From positions 384,001 to 448,000 of the forward strand of contig CAWAUV010000008.1 in assembly GCA_963785305.1 (NCBI GenBank): a stretch of DNA of 64,000 bases. Reading direction: 5' to 3'. The notes beneath the pieces are model-generated. The model ran no database searches, was not told the origin of the DNA, and saw nothing but the letters and a program-made list of their open reading frames with translations. A program made the translations under genes and the position numbers. This document shows, piece after piece, positions 11,548 to 24,389 of this stretch (positions are counted from its first letter, which is position 1; the number at the start of each line of letters is the position of its first letter). This DNA comes from an uncultured Planctomycetaceae bacterium. GTDB lineage: Bacteria; Planctomycetota; Planctomycetia; Pirellulales; PALSA-1355.

Positions 11548-13228
11548 TTGCTATCACGCTGGCCGATCCGCAACAAATTGTTCGTCCTCATCGGGCTGAT
11601 GCTCGTGACCGTCGTCTCGCTGGCGGCCAGCGGCTTCCATGCCACGTATGCCTATCGCGGGCTCGTGCGCGGGCTGCGCGGCCGGGCCACCGAGCTACCC
11701 CTGGCCGGCGAGCTGTGCTCGCAGGTCGACGATGCGCGAGCCACGCTGGCCCAGGCCCGGGGACTTTCGGAGCAAATCGCCGAGGCGACGTCCGGCTATG
11801 AAATGGCCCCGCGGCTGCCCGAACTGCTGGCGCCGCGGTTCGAATCGCTCGCGATCCAATTCCGGGAGAATCTCGAGGCCGTCGATCGCACTCTCAATCT
11901 CTATCGCGCCGAGCTCACCGAAAACGATCCGTCCGACCACAGTCTCAACAATAGCCGCGACGAATGGCAAACGGTCGACAAGATCGAGCAATCGATCGGG
12001 GCGGTCAAGGCGATCCGAGAGTCGCCCGATTGGATCCACGACGCTCCGCGCCGGCTCGCGGCCGAGCGCGAATTGACGACGCTCGCCGAACTTGGCCGCG
12101 AACTGCCGAGCTTTCTGCATCATCGGTTGGGGGCCATGGTCGACGAAGTGCGAGTCCAATATCGCACCCTGATTTTTGTCGATTATGTCACATCGTTCTC
12201 GGCCGCCATTCTCCTGGGTGTGCTGATGCGGCTGATGTACAACTGGATTTTTCGACCGCTGCGGTTGCTGGTCAAGGGTTCGCGCTGCGTGGCGGCGGGC
12301 GATTTCAATTATCGGATCCATCTCAAGACTCGCGATGAAATGTCGGAACTGGCCGAAGCGCTCAACGACATGACCGCTCGTTTCCGCGCGATTCGCGACG
12401 ATCTCGATCAACAAGTGCGCGAGCGAACCAAACAAGTCGTGCGGAGCGAGCAGCTCGCGAGTGTCGGTTTTCTGGCCGCCGGCGTGGCCCATGAGATCAA
12501 CAATCCGTTGGCGTCGATCGCCCTGTGCGCGGAATCGCTCGAAGGCCGGGTCGAGGCGGCGCTCGCCGACGCGGCCCAGGCGGCGGGCGGCGATTGGCGC
12601 GGCGACGCACGCGACGCCCGCGGCCGACGACCCCGAGCGACAAGTGATTCGCTCCTATCTGCGCATGATTCAAGATGAGGCGTTTCGCTGCAAAGGCATC
12701 ACCGAACGCCTGCTCGATTTTTCGCGCCTGGGCGATATCAAGCCCGCGGCGACCGACATGGCCGATCTAGTCGAGCGCGTGATTCATATGCTCGGCCACC
12801 ATGGAAAATATTCCGACAAGCGAATTCTCTTCGAGCCCGGCCCGCCGGTGATCGCGCTCGTCAACGAGCAAGAAATGAAACAAGTGGTGCTCAATTTGTT
12901 GACCAACGGGCTCGACGCCGTGTCCGATGGCGGCGTGGTGCGGGTATCGCTCGGCCAGGAGGCGGGACGCGCGGTCTTGACCATCGCCGACGACGGCTGC
13001 GGCATGACCGAAGAGGTCCGGCAGCATCTATTCGAACCGTTTTTCACCCGCCGCCGCACCGGCCAGGGCATCGGCCTCGGCCTTTCGATCACGTATCGCA
13101 TCGTGGCCGATCACGGAGGAGCGATCGATGTGCATAGCGACGGGCCAGGCCGCGGGTCGCGATTTCGCGTCTCGCTGCCCCTGGCCCAAAACGTGAAGGA
13201 GTCTTCCCATCGCAACCAAGCCGCTTAA
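11548..13228 (+). CDS. HAMP-domain membrane sensor histidine kinase, frameshift near 12610
   Basis: Two TM helices, HAMP 'RPLRLL...[13 protein letters not shown]', H-box '[11 protein letters not shown]', 'NLLTNG', 'DDGCGM', 'FEPFFT', 'GIGLGL'. Confidence 0.9.
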
Positions 13229-14588
13229 CCGACTCAAACTACTCTTCGCCGACGACGAACGCTCGCTGCAAGAGCTGATGAGCCTCGAACTGCCGCGCAT
13301 GGGCCATGAGGTCACGGTCTGTCCCGATGGCACGACCGCCGTCGCCGCGCTCAAACGCAACACCTACGACTGCATTCTGGTCGATCTCGACATGCCCGGC
13401 CTTGGCGGCATCGAAGTGATCGCCAAGGCCAAGGAGCTGTCGCCGCGAACCGAAGCCGTGGTGCTTACCGGCAAGTCGTCGCTCGACACCGCGATCGCCG
13501 CGCTCCGGCAAGGCGCGTTTGACTATCTCACCAAGCCTTGCCGGCTGGTCGAGTTGCAAGCCTTGCTCGCGCGCGTGGCCGAAAAACGCGAGCTCGACGC
13601 GCAAGTGCATCGCGCTCAACGCGCAAGTCGAGCGACTCGAGGGCAAGCGCGAACTCGTCGGCGAAAGCCAGGCGATGCAGCGCGTGCGCAAGCTCGTGGC
13701 CAAGGTGGCGCCCACGCATTCGACCGCGATCGTGCTCGGTGAAACCGGAACCGGCAAGGAGCTCGTCGCCCGCTCGCTCCACGATCAGAGCGCGCGAGCC
13801 GAAATGCAGTTCGTGGCCATCAACTGCGGGGCCCTGCCCGAAAGCCTGATCGAGAGTGAACTGTTCGGACATCGTCGCGGAGCGTTCACGGGCGCCGATC
13901 AAAATCGCGTGGGCCTGTTCGAAGTGGCCGACGGCGGCACGTTGTTTCTCGATGAAGTGGGCGAGCTGCCCAAGGCGATGCAGGCCAAACTGCTGCGCGT
14001 GCTCGAAAGCGGCGAGATTCGTCGCGTGGGGGAAAACGAAGCGTTCAAGGTCGATGTGCGGATCGTATGCGCCACGCATCGCAACTTGGAACAAATGGTC
14101 GCCGACGGCGATTTTCGCGAAGACCTGATGTTTCGCATCAACACGTTCGAGATTCGGCTGCCTGCTCTGCGCGAGCGCGTGTCCGACCTGCCGGCCCTGG
14201 CAAGGCACCTGCTCAAACGCCATCGCCCGCAACTGGCCGACGACGATCCCGGCTTCACGCCCGAGGCGCTGCAGACATTGGCCGAACACCCCTGGCCCGG
14301 CAATGTGCGCGAACTGGCCAACGCGATCGAACACGCGACGATTCTTTGCGACTCCGGGGTGATCGACGTGGAGCATTTGCCGGGCAAATTCGGCGCGCTG
14401 CGCGAGAAACTTCCAAGCGGGCAAGATCGGGCCGGTGAGCCTGCGCGAGTTGGAGTTCGAGGCGATTCACCAAGCGATCGACCGCTGGGACGGCAACAAA
14501 GCCAAAGCGGCAGAGGAACTGGGCATCAGCCTCAAGACGCTCTACAACAAGCTGCACCAGAGCGAAGTCGCTCGACAAAGCGGGCTGA
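13209..14588 (+). CDS. Sigma-54-dependent (NtrC-family) response regulator, frameshifted; apparent ATC start; 3' end uncertain (14588 or 14692)
   Basis: Receiver 'LLFADDE...DLDMPG...YLTKP', AAA+ 'GETGTGKE', 'GAFTGA', 'LFLDEVGE', 'WPGNVREL', Fis HTH '[21 protein letters not shown]'. Confidence 0.9.
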
Positions 14589-14840
14589 TACGCGTAGGCT
14601 CGGCGCGAATTCGCGAGCGCCGCGAAGTGCGCGGAGCCGACTTCGCGGGCATTGATAAAAGCGAGGCTGTTCTAGCGCTCGTTCACGGCTGAAATGATGG
14701 ATAATTCGGTTTGCGCATGTGCCATGCCCACTGCCTAGAGTGGGCATCAAGCGCCACGCGAAGTCCTCATGCCCACGCGGGGCCGTGGGCACGGCACACG
14801 GAACGAATCCAATCCATCATTGCATATGTGACAAAGCACG

Positions 14841-14950
14841 AGCAGCCTGTTGAAATATTCAATAGGCCGAGCAGCCGCATGGACGCGGTGTCAAGTTAGC
14901 GACCCAGGTCGTTATTTTGCGATCCGCGACGAGCTTTGCTCGGCGCTTGC
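14841..14950. repeat. Partial copy of a ~150-bp MITE-like element, family B (inverted relative to 42064-42216)
   Basis: Starts AGCAGCCTGTTGAAATATTCAA; its reverse complement aligns with 42107-42216 over ~110 bp. Confidence 0.75.
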
Positions 14951-15116
14951 CGGAAGAAGAACCACTTTGTCCGCCGACCCTTGCGATGACCTGCCTTTTT
15001 CCGTACCATGACTCCACCTCGGAGACGGTTGAAATGTGGCCTGGAAATTGGCACGGAAATTGACAAACCCCTTCCATGTCATCATATTCATCGGAAAACT
15101 CCAAGGAAATTCCTGT

Positions 15117-15192
<76 letters not shown>

Positions 15193-15224
15193 TTTCTTGT
15201 AAGTTGATTCTGTAGATGATTTTA

Positions 15225-15313
15225 CGGCCTATCCAAGAACTTCGCGAGCCCTCGCAGATCCCTCTCGCAGAGGGGGGTAAATTTGGCGGGGTGGGGGTGG
15301 TCGGATAGGCTCT
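15225..15313. repeat. Family A miniature inverted-repeat element
   Basis: GGCCTATCCAAGAAC...TCGGATAGGCTCT. Confidence 0.65.
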
Positions 15314-15578
15314 TGGCATTTCTGCCCATTGAGGGGCAATGCGGGCTCTTCGCCGCGGGCTGTCCGTCAAAAAAGGGACAATCGAGCGTGGGTACCCACG
15401 ATGGCTCGCAAATCGGGCCTCGCGCAACGGGGCAATGTTCCGGCATATTGCATTCGGGCATATTGCCGGCACAAGGTTTTCGGGCCGCGCGGCGGTCTAC
15501 ATCGCCCGTCGCCTTATTTACCTCGTCCCGCTCGGGTCCCCCGGCCAAGCCTACGAGCCAACAAGCCTACGAGCTCTG

Positions 15579-16262
15579 TCAGGTCTGGTATGAGGGATAG
15601 AGTGGCTTAAGTTTTACCCGGGCGTCGGCGGTGGTGAATCGCCAATCGATTTTGCTGCAATTCTGGTTGCGTTGCTGTTCCCAGGCCACCACTTCTCGGC
15701 TCAGTAGCGATTTGCTTTCGATGCGGCGGTCGAGGCATTGTCGCGAAAGCACGCTCAGTTCGGTTTCCGCCATGTTGAGCCAACTGCCGTGCTTGGGAGT
15801 GTAGTGAATCTCCAGCCGCGCGGCCAAGGCGCGGGCCGTCTCCGGATCAAAGGCTTCATACAAGCTGGCGATGCCGTGGGTATTCAGATTGTCCATGACC
15901 AGCACCAGCACCGTTGCCTTGGCATACACGGTCAGTAGCAAGTAGCGAATGAATCGAGCCCAATCGGTGCGCGTCCGTTGATCGGTGACTTGCACCGTGC
16001 GTTGGCCCGCCAGCGGTTCGACGGCCATAAAGATGTTCGCCGTGCCACGGCGTTCGTATTCACTGTCGAATTTGGCAACGTCTCCGGGACGCGGTGGCAG
16101 CGGATCGCGGACTTCGGCCACCAACTGCTTGCTGCATTCATCCATGCAGACCATTGGCCGGCTGGGATCCTGGGGGCGATGGTACACTTCCAACACATCT
16201 TCCATCGCGGCCACGAATTCAGCCGATGGCCCACTGGGCAGGCGCCAGCCCTTCTTCAACCC
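15579..16262 (-). pseudogene. IS630-family transposase, C-terminal DDE part only (5'-truncated)
   Basis: 'AEFVAAMEDVLEVY', 'VCMDE', 'DSEYERRGT', 'LVMDNLNTH', 'YTPKHGSWLNMAETE', 'WRFTTADARVKLKPLYP'; N-terminal HTH part absent. Confidence 0.85.
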
Positions 16263-16800
16263 GAAGTTGTCGCACAAGCCTATAGGGAATCTCGCCATAC
16301 GATGCGTATTTTTCGCCCGTCTCGGCGTCCTCGAAACGGGCTTCTGGCCATTCCCGCCGCACGATGCGCGCACACGCATCCAAAGACGCAAACGAACCGT
16401 CCGCGGTGATCACGATATCGGTACCGCCGATCATACTTCGTGCTCCCTCAGCATCGCGGTCTCGCCATGCGCGATTTGCCGATCGCGCGTTACGGAGTAG
16501 TCGGTTGCGGAACAGAATATCCATCTTCCGCGATCGCCTGGCAACGGCGTGAGGCCGCTATCCCCTTGAAATGGAATGCGAATTGAAGCTTGTCGCGGCA
16601 GCCACGAACAAAAATTCGCTTACCAAGGTTGATTGTTCCCGGCGGGAGCGTTGTAAAATACGCTCACGCGGGGTGGTCGCCGGGCGGTTGAGCAGTCCTG
16701 AAAAGCCAAGTTCGTTGAGAGCGAATCGCATCAGACCCTGTTTTATTAGTGGAGTGAAACAAGTCCCTCCTCCTCGTCAGTAGGTCCGCCAGCCACCGTT

Positions 16801-18891
16801 TCACAACGCGGGTCCGCCGTCGCCCCGTTTGTTCTTGGGCTGCCTGCGCCGAGCCGATTTGCGCCCCGGTCGGTAGCCCTGGCTCGACAAACCGCGTTCG
16901 CCGGGCTTTTCGCCTTTGGCCGGATTTCCCATCGCGTGGTAGTGATCGGCGTCGTTCGCCTTTTGCCGCCGGGCTTCGATCGCTTCGCGCGGCGGCTGAT
17001 CTGGGATCAAACAATCGCAGCCGCGGCCAATCAGGTCTTGCCGGCCGGCTTGTTCCAAGGCGCGGCGCACTTCGAAGTAGTTTTCCGGCTTGAAGAACTG
17101 CATCAGGGCTCGTTGGGTTTTACGATCTCGCAAGCCCTGGGCCACTTGCACCGACCGCTTGGTGAACGGATCGAGCCCGGTGTGGTACATGCAAGCCGCA
17201 ATGTCGAACGGGCTGGGAATGAAGTCCTGCACCTGATCGGGCCGGTAACTGTTTCGCTTCAAAAACACGGCCAGCTCGATCATCGAGTCGAGCGTGCTGC
17301 CCGGATGGCTGGCAATGTAATAGGGCACCAGATACTGCTTCTTGCCCGCGGCCTTGGAGGCTTTCTTGAACTCGCGGTCGAACGCCTCGAAATCCTCGCT
17401 CGAGGGCTTCTTCATCAGCGAAAGCACCTCGGGATCGACATGCTCGGGCGCCACCTTCAAATAACCGCCGACATGATGGCGCGTGAGCTCGCGCATATAC
17501 TCGGGGCTGCGGTGCGCGAGGTCCATGCGAATGCCCGAGGCCACCAGCGCCTTCTTCACGCCCGGCGTCTCGCGCACGGCTTGCATCAATTCGATGAGCG
17601 GGCCATGGTCGGTTCCCAGCAGCTTGCAAATCGTGGGATGCACGCAGCTCAACCGCCGGCAACGCGCCTCGACCTCGGGTCGCGAGCAGCGCATTTGATA
17701 CATGTTGGCCGTCGGCCCGCCGATATCGCTCACGATGCCCTTGAAATCGGGCTCGTCGACCATGCGCTCGATTTCGGCGAGCACCGACTGCCGGCTGCGG
17801 CTCTGAATGATGCGGCCTTCGTGGGCCGTGATCGAGCAAAATGTGCAGCCGCCGAAACAGCCGCGCATGATCTGCACGGAATCCTTCACCACCTCAAATG
17901 CCGGAATGCTCTGCTTGCCATACGACGGATGCGGCCGCCGCGTGAACGGCAATCCATACACGCGATCCATCTCGGCCTGCGCGAGCGGCGCCGGCGGTGG
18001 ATTCACCACCACGCATTCGCGATCGTGATATTGCACGAGCCGGCGGGCATTGTAGGGATTGGTTTCGTTGTGCGCGATCTTGGTCATTTCGGCAAACAAC
18101 CATTTATCGCGCGACGCTTCCTCGTAGCTCGGCAGCGTCAGGGCGGCGACACCATGCCGATCCGGCTCGAGCGGCGGCGGCTCGCTGGCGCCCAGGCGAT
18201 AGGCCACGCCGCGCATATCGCGCAGGTCGCGCGTCGTTTCCCCGGCCGCGAGCCGATCGGCCACTTCCAAGATGCCGCGCTCGCCCATGCCATAAACCAA
18301 GAGGTCGGCCTTGCAGTCCATGAGAATCGATCGCCGGACCTTATCGCTCCAGTAATCGTAGTGGGCAATGCGCCGCAAACTAGCCTCGACTCCGCCGGCG
18401 ATCACCGGTGCGCCCTTGAATGCTCTGCGCGCCCGTTGGCAATAGGCGAGCGTTGCCCGATCCGGGCGGCGACCGATCGCGCCGCCGGGGCTATAGGCGT
18501 CGTCGTTGCGAACTTTTTTGTTGGCCGTGTAGTGGTTGATCATCGAGTCCATGTTGCCGGCGCTGATCGCGAAGAACAGTCGCGGCCGGCCAAACGTCTT
18601 CCATGGCTCGCAGGAGCGCCAATCGGGCTGGCTCAAGATGCCCACGCGATATCCGGCGCTTTCGAGCAGCCGGCCGAGCAGCGCCATGGCGAAACTCGGA
18701 TGATCGACATAGGCGTTGCCGGTGACGAATACCACATCGACTTCGTCCCAACCGCGCTCGCGCATTTCCTGACGCGACATCGGCAAGGGCGGCGTGGCCT
18801 CGCGCGCTGCGCGGGGCGAACCGGCCGGCGCCGCCAGCGACGGGCTTTCGAGGATCGGCAGCGAGGCGAGCGGTAGGGCATTGGAACGCAT
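16801..18891 (-). CDS. ygiQ: YgiQ (UPF0313) family radical SAM protein
   Basis: '[16 protein letters not shown]', '[11 protein letters not shown]', '[13 protein letters not shown]', '[12 protein letters not shown]', '[10 protein letters not shown]', 'QVQDFIP'. Confidence 0.9.
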   Translation of the reverse strand: MRSNALPLASLPILESPSLAAPAGSPRAAREATPPLPMSRQEMRERGWDEVDVVFVTGNAYVDHPSFAMALLGRLLESAGYRVGILSQPDWRSCEPWKTFGRPRLFFAISAGNMDSMINHYTANKKVRNDDAYSPGGAIGRRPDRATLAYCQRARRAFKGAPVIAGGVEASLRRIAHYDYWSDKVRRSILMDCKADLLVYGMGERGILEVADRLAAGETTRDLRDMRGVAYRLGASEPPPLEPDRHGVAALTLPSYEEASRDKWLFAEMTKIAHNETNPYNARRLVQYHDRECVVVNPPPAPLAQAEMDRVYGLPFTRRPHPSYGKQSIPAFEVVKDSVQIMRGCFGGCTFCSITAHEGRIIQSRSRQSVLAEIERMVDEPDFKGIVSDIGGPTANMYQMRCSRPEVEARCRRLSCVHPTICKLLGTDHGPLIELMQAVRETPGVKKALVASGIRMDLAHRSPEYMRELTRHHVGGYLKVAPEHVDPEVLSLMKKPSSEDFEAFDREFKKASKAAGKKQYLVPYYIASHPGSTLDSMIELAVFLKRNSYRPDQVQDFIPSPFDIAACMYHTGLDPFTKRSVQVAQGLRDRKTQRALMQFFKPENYFEVRRALEQAGRQDLIGRGCDCLIPDQPPREAIEARRQKANDADHYHAMGNPAKGEKPGERGLSSQGYRPGRKSARRRQPKNKRGDGGPAL

Positions 18892-19223
18892 AAGCGATTC
18901 GCGGGGCGGGGGTTCGCGGAATTCGCCCACGCAAGGCAACGCCATGAATCATGGCCGCGGCATGCGTTTGGCGGGCGATCATAACCCGAGCATTGTACCA
19001 CGTTCGCCTGGGGGGCGGTGGAATGAAAATCGTCGGCCAGTCGCCCCGCTCGCGGCGACCGGCGAGAGGCGCGGGATCGCACTTTTGCGGATTTTTTCGC
19101 CCGCCGTTCGATTGACGCTTTCCCAGGGCGCTCGCATATTGACGACCTTCGGAGTCACGCGCGGTTCTCGATCGCCCGAACAACGAATCGAATTGATAAA
19201 ATTACCCAAAGGAGCATCTCCCG

Positions 19224-19679
19224 ATGGACCCGCTTGCGAAAGTCGTCTCGTTCGATCCCACCAAAAAGGCGTTCTCGTTCTACGAGGAGTTCAAGACCTT
19301 TGCCTTCAAGGGCAATGTGATCGACTTGGCCGTGGGCGTGATCATCGGCGGGGCGTTTGGCAAGATCATCGCCTCGCTCGTGTCCGACATCATCATGCCG
19401 GCGATCAGCATCATCACTCCCGGCAAGCAGGGATATCTCGATTGGAAATGGGTCGTCGAGGGCCAGGAGATTCCCTACGGCAAGTTTTTGGGCGAAGTGG
19501 TGAATTTTTTGATCGTGGCGCTGGCGTTGTTTATTTTCATCGTCAAGTTCGTGGGCTGGATCATGCGGAGCAAAAAGGCGGAAGCCGCCGCGCCGCCCCC
19601 CCCGCCCGTGCCGACCAAGGAAGAACTGCTCCTCGCCGAGATTCGCGACCTGCTCAAAGCCGGCGCCGCGAATAAATAG
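19224..19679 (+). CDS. mscL: Large-conductance mechanosensitive channel
   Basis: 'EFKTFAFKGNVIDLAVGVIIGGAFGKII.SLVSDIIMP' and 'LLAEIRDLL'; SD AAAGGAG upstream. Confidence 0.95.
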   Translation: MDPLAKVVSFDPTKKAFSFYEEFKTFAFKGNVIDLAVGVIIGGAFGKIIASLVSDIIMPAISIITPGKQGYLDWKWVVEGQEIPYGKFLGEVVNFLIVALALFIFIVKFVGWIMRSKKAEAAAPPPPPVPTKEELLLAEIRDLLKAGAANK

Positions 19680-20053
19680 CCGCCGGCCGCGGCGCGTTTC
19701 CAAGAAGGAAGTTCTCACGCGGAGGCGCGGAGAACGCGGAGGGGGGAATGGTGTTCGACGGCATGTCGATCAATTCTTTCTCCGCGCCTCCGCGTGATCC
19801 TTCTCTGGCATGAGCATGCAAATTCGGCGGCGCGACTCGGCGAAAGGGCGCCGCCCGCATGCTCGGCATAATCGCTCATTTCGGAACGCTCGCGCCACGC
19901 CAATGCGTCTGGTTGCAAAAAAGCAACGTGTTTCGTTTGCACATCGTCCAGATTGGGGTAGGGTTGCCGTGTCCCACCATCGGCCCCGGCCCGCGCTTGT
20001 TTCAGGCGGTATTCCGAGGCTGGTTCTCTGTGCCTGCCTGGAGGATGTGAATC

Positions 20054-20239
20054 ATGCGCAAATTGATGTTGCTTGGCTTTTTGGCCTTGGTCACCGTGAC
20101 CGCGCCCGGCTGCTTCGGCGGCGGGAGCTGGCGTCCGGGTCTGTTCAATCGTCAGCATCCGACCGAATGCTGCTGCGATCCGTGTGGCGGCGCGACGATG
20201 ATGGCGCCCCCGGTCGTTCAGGGAAGCTGCTGCCAATAA
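20054..20239 (+). CDS. Small Cys-rich putative lipoprotein (61 aa)
   Basis: SD GGAGG, signal peptide ending 'TAPGC', 'ECCCDPC...SCCQ'. Confidence 0.6.
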   Translation: MRKLMLLGFLALVTVTAPGCFGGGSWRPGLFNRQHPTECCCDPCGGATMMAPPVVQGSCCQ

Positions 20240-20295
20240 GCAGCGGCAAGTCCCCGCGAACCGACGATCGGCCGCAAGGTCGGCCCGGCGCCAAC

Positions 20296-20372
20296 AGCCT
20301 ATCCGAGAACTTCGGCGAACCGTCACCCTACCCTCTCCCAAAGGGCGAGGGGGGAGTTGTCGGATAGGCGCT
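20296..20372. repeat. Family A miniature inverted-repeat element
   Basis: AGCCTATCCGAGAAC...CCCTCTCCCAAAGGGCGAGGG...TCGGATAGGCGCT. Confidence 0.75.
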
Positions 20373-20700
20373 GAATGTCGTCTCGGCGCCTGGCGCTCGA
20401 ACAACACGCGATCCCGATCCAAACGCAATTGACCCTCCGCCGCGCAACGTGGCCGGAGGGCTTTGCGTTTTATGGGGGAATTCGGCGCAGAGCGCATCGC
20501 GATTCAAAAGCCGGCAGCGCGGGATGGAACGTCGGAACACCGCGGCAATATGCATTGAAATGAGGAATTTCATGATCGCCCGCGCATGATCCGGCGCCTT
20601 GGTGAACAAAGGAGCGAGGCAGAGGGGGGCTTGCGAGCCGCGAACGGTATCCCCACAATTTCCCAGCATCCTCCCGCTCATTCCTTGATTCGGATCGCAC

Positions 20701-23700
20701 ATGGCCCGGAAGAGACGCGCACCGGCGGACGAACCGCTTCTCGCCGAGATCGACCGTCGTTACGAGCGCCGCACTCGACGGCAGCGGACCCTCTTTATCC
20801 CCCGATTCGTCCGCGAGGAAGCGGGCAAGCCTCCCCTCGACGGCGAACGACGGGATCGCGCCCATGCCATCGCCTTGCGCTGGGCCCAACTCGAAACCCT
20901 CGGCCGACTCCACGACGATCGGGAGACCTCGATCGACGTGCGGTTTCTCGACGAACTATTCGGCGAAGGGCTCGGCTACAGCGTCAAATCGACGGACGCG
21001 AACTGGGAACTAGAACATAAGCGGCCGGTTCAGGGAGTGGGCATCGCCGATGCCGCCCTCGGCGACTTCCCCGCCAACCCCACGCCCCGCGTCGTCATCG
21101 AACTCAAGGGAGCGGCCATCGACCTCGACCGCGACCGATCCAACGGCCGTACGGCCGTCCAGCAATGCTGGGACTATCTGAACGCGCTGCCCGAATGCCA
21201 ATGGGGCATCGTTTCCAATTTCAGGACGATTCGCCTCTATCACAAAGCGCGCGGCATCCTTGCCTATGAAGAATTCGCGCTTCAGGAACTGCGCGATCGA
21301 AGCAAGTTCGACGAATTCCATGTTATTTTCGAACACGATGGCCTGCTCCCGTCTCGGCTCGGTCAACCGCCCCGCGTCGAGCTTCTGCTCAAGAAAACCG
21401 CCGAACGGCAAAAGACCGTCGGCGACGAACTTTACAAGCAATATCAGAGCCAGCGGCTCCGTCTGATCGAATACCTGCATCAGGTCGAAAAGAAGGAACT
21501 CGACGAAGCCATCCGCATCGCGCAGAAATTGCTCGACCGCATCATCTTCATCGCGTTCTGCGAGGACCGGGAACTCCTGCCGGACAAAACACTCGCCACC
21601 ACCATCAATGACACGGACCGTTATAGCCGGGCAAAAAACCCCGCCTGGGACAACTTCCTCAAGCTCTTCACCGCCATCGATCAGGGCGTCGAAACGGACA
21701 AAGTCAGGATCACCCCGTTCAATGGCGGGCTCTTCGCCGACGATCCCGCCATTAATTCCCTGGTCTTGAAGGAAAGAAAGTGGACCAATGGACTGGCGGG
21801 ATTCGGACTCTACGACTTCTCCGAGGAAGTGAACGTCGATGTGCTGGGCCGCCTCTTCGAGCGCAGCATCACCGAACTGGAGAAACTTCGCATCGGCGGA
21901 CTCTACGCCCTGAAAGCCAACGCGCCGGAGGAAACACGGATTTCCAAAATGCCCAAGAGCGTCAGCGCAAGCGCTTCGGCATTTATTATACGCCACCGGC
22001 TTTCACCGGTCTCATCGTCGAACGCACTGTCGATGCGCTGGTCCGCGAATGCTTCGCGAGTGAGGCCAAAGCCCACGGCCTCAATCCCGAACATCGTCGA
22101 AATCAGAATCCGACGAAGCTGCTCTCCTACTGGCGCTCCTGCTGGAACCTGCTGGAGAAGATCGCGGTCATCGATCCCGCCTGCGGCTCCGGCGCGTTCC
22201 TCATCCGAGCCTACGATGCCCTGGAAGCTTGGTATCTCACTGTCGTTCACGGTCTCGCCGGCGTGGGCGAAGCCGAGGCCAGTGTCGCCGCCTATTCCGA
22301 GGAAATCTCCGATCGGATTCTGCGCCACAACCTTTTCGGCGTCGATCTCTCCCGCGAAGGGGTTGAAATCTCCCAGCTCGCCCTCTGGATTCGCTCCGCC
22401 CGAATCGGCCGCACCCTAGCCGACCTCTCGCAAAACATCGTGCGTGGCAACAGTCTGGTTTCAGACCCCGCCATCGATCCACACGCGCTCGACTGGCCGC
22501 GGCAGTTTCCCGAGGTCTTCGCTCGCGGCGGGTTCTCCTGCGTCATCGGCAATCCGCCCTGGGAACGCGTGAAGGTGCAGGACCGCGAGTTTTTCTCGCT
22601 CATCGATCCCGAGACCGCCGGAGCCGTCAGCGCCGCCGACCGCAAGAAACGCATCGCCGGCATGGGAACCACCAACCCGGAGCTTTACGCCGATTATCTC
22701 AAGGCCCGGGAGCAAGCCCAGAAGCTGCTCGATTACTCTCGAGCCGGTAGTTACCCCCTTACCGGCAAGGGCGACGTCAATCTGTACATGCTCTTCGCCG
22801 AGCTTGCCGGCAAACTCGTCGCCCCAAACGGCATCGCCGGCCTGCTGGTCCCTTCCGGCATCGCGACCGACGACACGACCAAGGCGTTCTTCAACGATCT
22901 CATGGACAACCAGCGGCTCGTTTCGCTTTACGACTTCGAGAATAAAGAGGGGCATTTCGAAGACGTGCATCGTTCATTCAAATTCACCGCGTTGATCTTT
23001 GGCGGCGCGAATTGTAACCACGAACAAGCCGATTTCGTTTTCTTCGCCCGCAATGTCGAGGAAACCGCCGAGAGCTTCAAGCACCGACACATCGCGCTCA
23101 CGGCGAAGGACATGGCGCTACTGAACCCGAACACGAAGACTTGCCCCATCTTCCGCACCCGTCGCGACGCCGAGTTGACTAAGAGCATCTACAAGCGCGT
23201 GCCGATCTTGATCGACGAGAATCGACGCATCGGCGGCAATCCCTGGGGCATCAAGTTCTTCACCATGTTTCACCAGACCAACGACGCGGAGCATTTCCAG
23301 CCGGCCAAGGTTTGGAAAAAGCAAGGATACCGGCTGCGCGGGAACATCTACATGAAGGGAGCCAGCCGAGCGCTGCCACTGTATGAGGCGAAGATGGTGC
23401 AGGCTTTCGATCACCGCGCCGCGAGCGTGATCGTCGACGAAGCAAACTGGGTTCGCCAGGGCCAGAAGGAGGAAACCTCGCTGGTGGAGCATCAGAACCC
23501 GGAGTTTGGCCCTGCGCCGCGCTGGTGGGTGAGCGAGGAAGCGGTGACGGAGGTCACGAAGGAACGCCGTCGCGAATGGCTGTATGCGTACAAAGACGTC
23601 ACCAGCGCAACCAACGAGCGGACGATGATCGCCGCCTTCTTGCCGTGGGTTGCGGTCGTCAATTCCGCGCCGCTCATGTTGCCCGGAGAATCCATCACAC

Positions 23701-24185
23701 CGCGGCTGGAAGCGTGCCTGCTCGCCAACCAGAATTCCTATGTGTTCGATTTTGTCGCGCGTCAGAAGGTAGGCAGCGTGCATCTCAACTTCTTCATTGT
23801 CGAGCAACTCCCCACGCTGCCGCCCGCGGTCTATGGGGAGAAGTGCCCGTGGTCGAAGAAGGAGACGCTCGAGCAGTGGATCAGCGAGCGGGTGCTGAAG
23901 CTGAGTTGCACCGCGGAGGATATGACGCCGCTGGCCAAGGCATGCGGGTTTAAGGGTTCGCGTGGCGATGGCGTGCATATCTGGAAGGAAGCGGAGCGGG
24001 CCGAACTGCGGATGGAACTGGATGCCGCATTTTTCCACCTCTACGGCCTCACTCGGGACGACGTGGAGTACATCCTCACCACGTTCACCAACACCGGCTT
24101 CGACCGGAAAGCTAAAAAGTTCGTTTGGCCGCCCGACAGCACCGGGCATCGAATCCTCGAATGCTACGACCGCCTCGCGGGCTGA
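20701..24185 (+). CDS. Type IIG (Eco57I/MmeI-like) fused restriction endonuclease / N6-adenine methyltransferase, frameshift near 21950
   Basis: N-terminal nuclease 'ADAAL...VIELKG...QCWDY'; 'GIYYTP', motif I 'IDPACGSGAFL', motif IV 'IGNPPW'; C-terminal TRD 'KDVTSATNERTMIAA'. Confidence 0.88.
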
Positions 24186-24389
24186 CCGCGTTCGGAGTGA
24201 ATATCCGATGGATCGTTTCTCGCGCCGAGAATAGTTGAGAGCCACAACGTCACGTCGGCGTCCGCGAGATTTGAATCCTTTGCCCGGGTCGATTACATTC
24301 AACTGGGTGCCCGAACCCCTTTCCGTCGGCCGCTCCAACCGACTATCGCAAATACGATGGTCCGCCTTCTTCGCAACGAAAGCCTTGCC

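Noticed and set aside
15561..16282. 9-bp direct repeat ACAAGCCTA flanking the IS630 fragment
   Set aside because: IS630 elements duplicate TA, the element is truncated, and the right copy lies in the neighbouring ORF; probably coincidental.
16936..18876. Long antisense or alternative-frame ORFs (also 23118..25142, 54234..56171, 57465..58742, 32865..34022)
   Set aside because: Shadow ORFs of real genes in high-GC DNA with no recognisable motifs.
19737..19749. 13-nt match (CGGAGGGGGGAAT) to the sequence following the degenerate repeat at 32388
   Set aside because: Both lie in or beside the same palindromic repeat family and there is no T-rich PAM, so it is not evidence of targeting.
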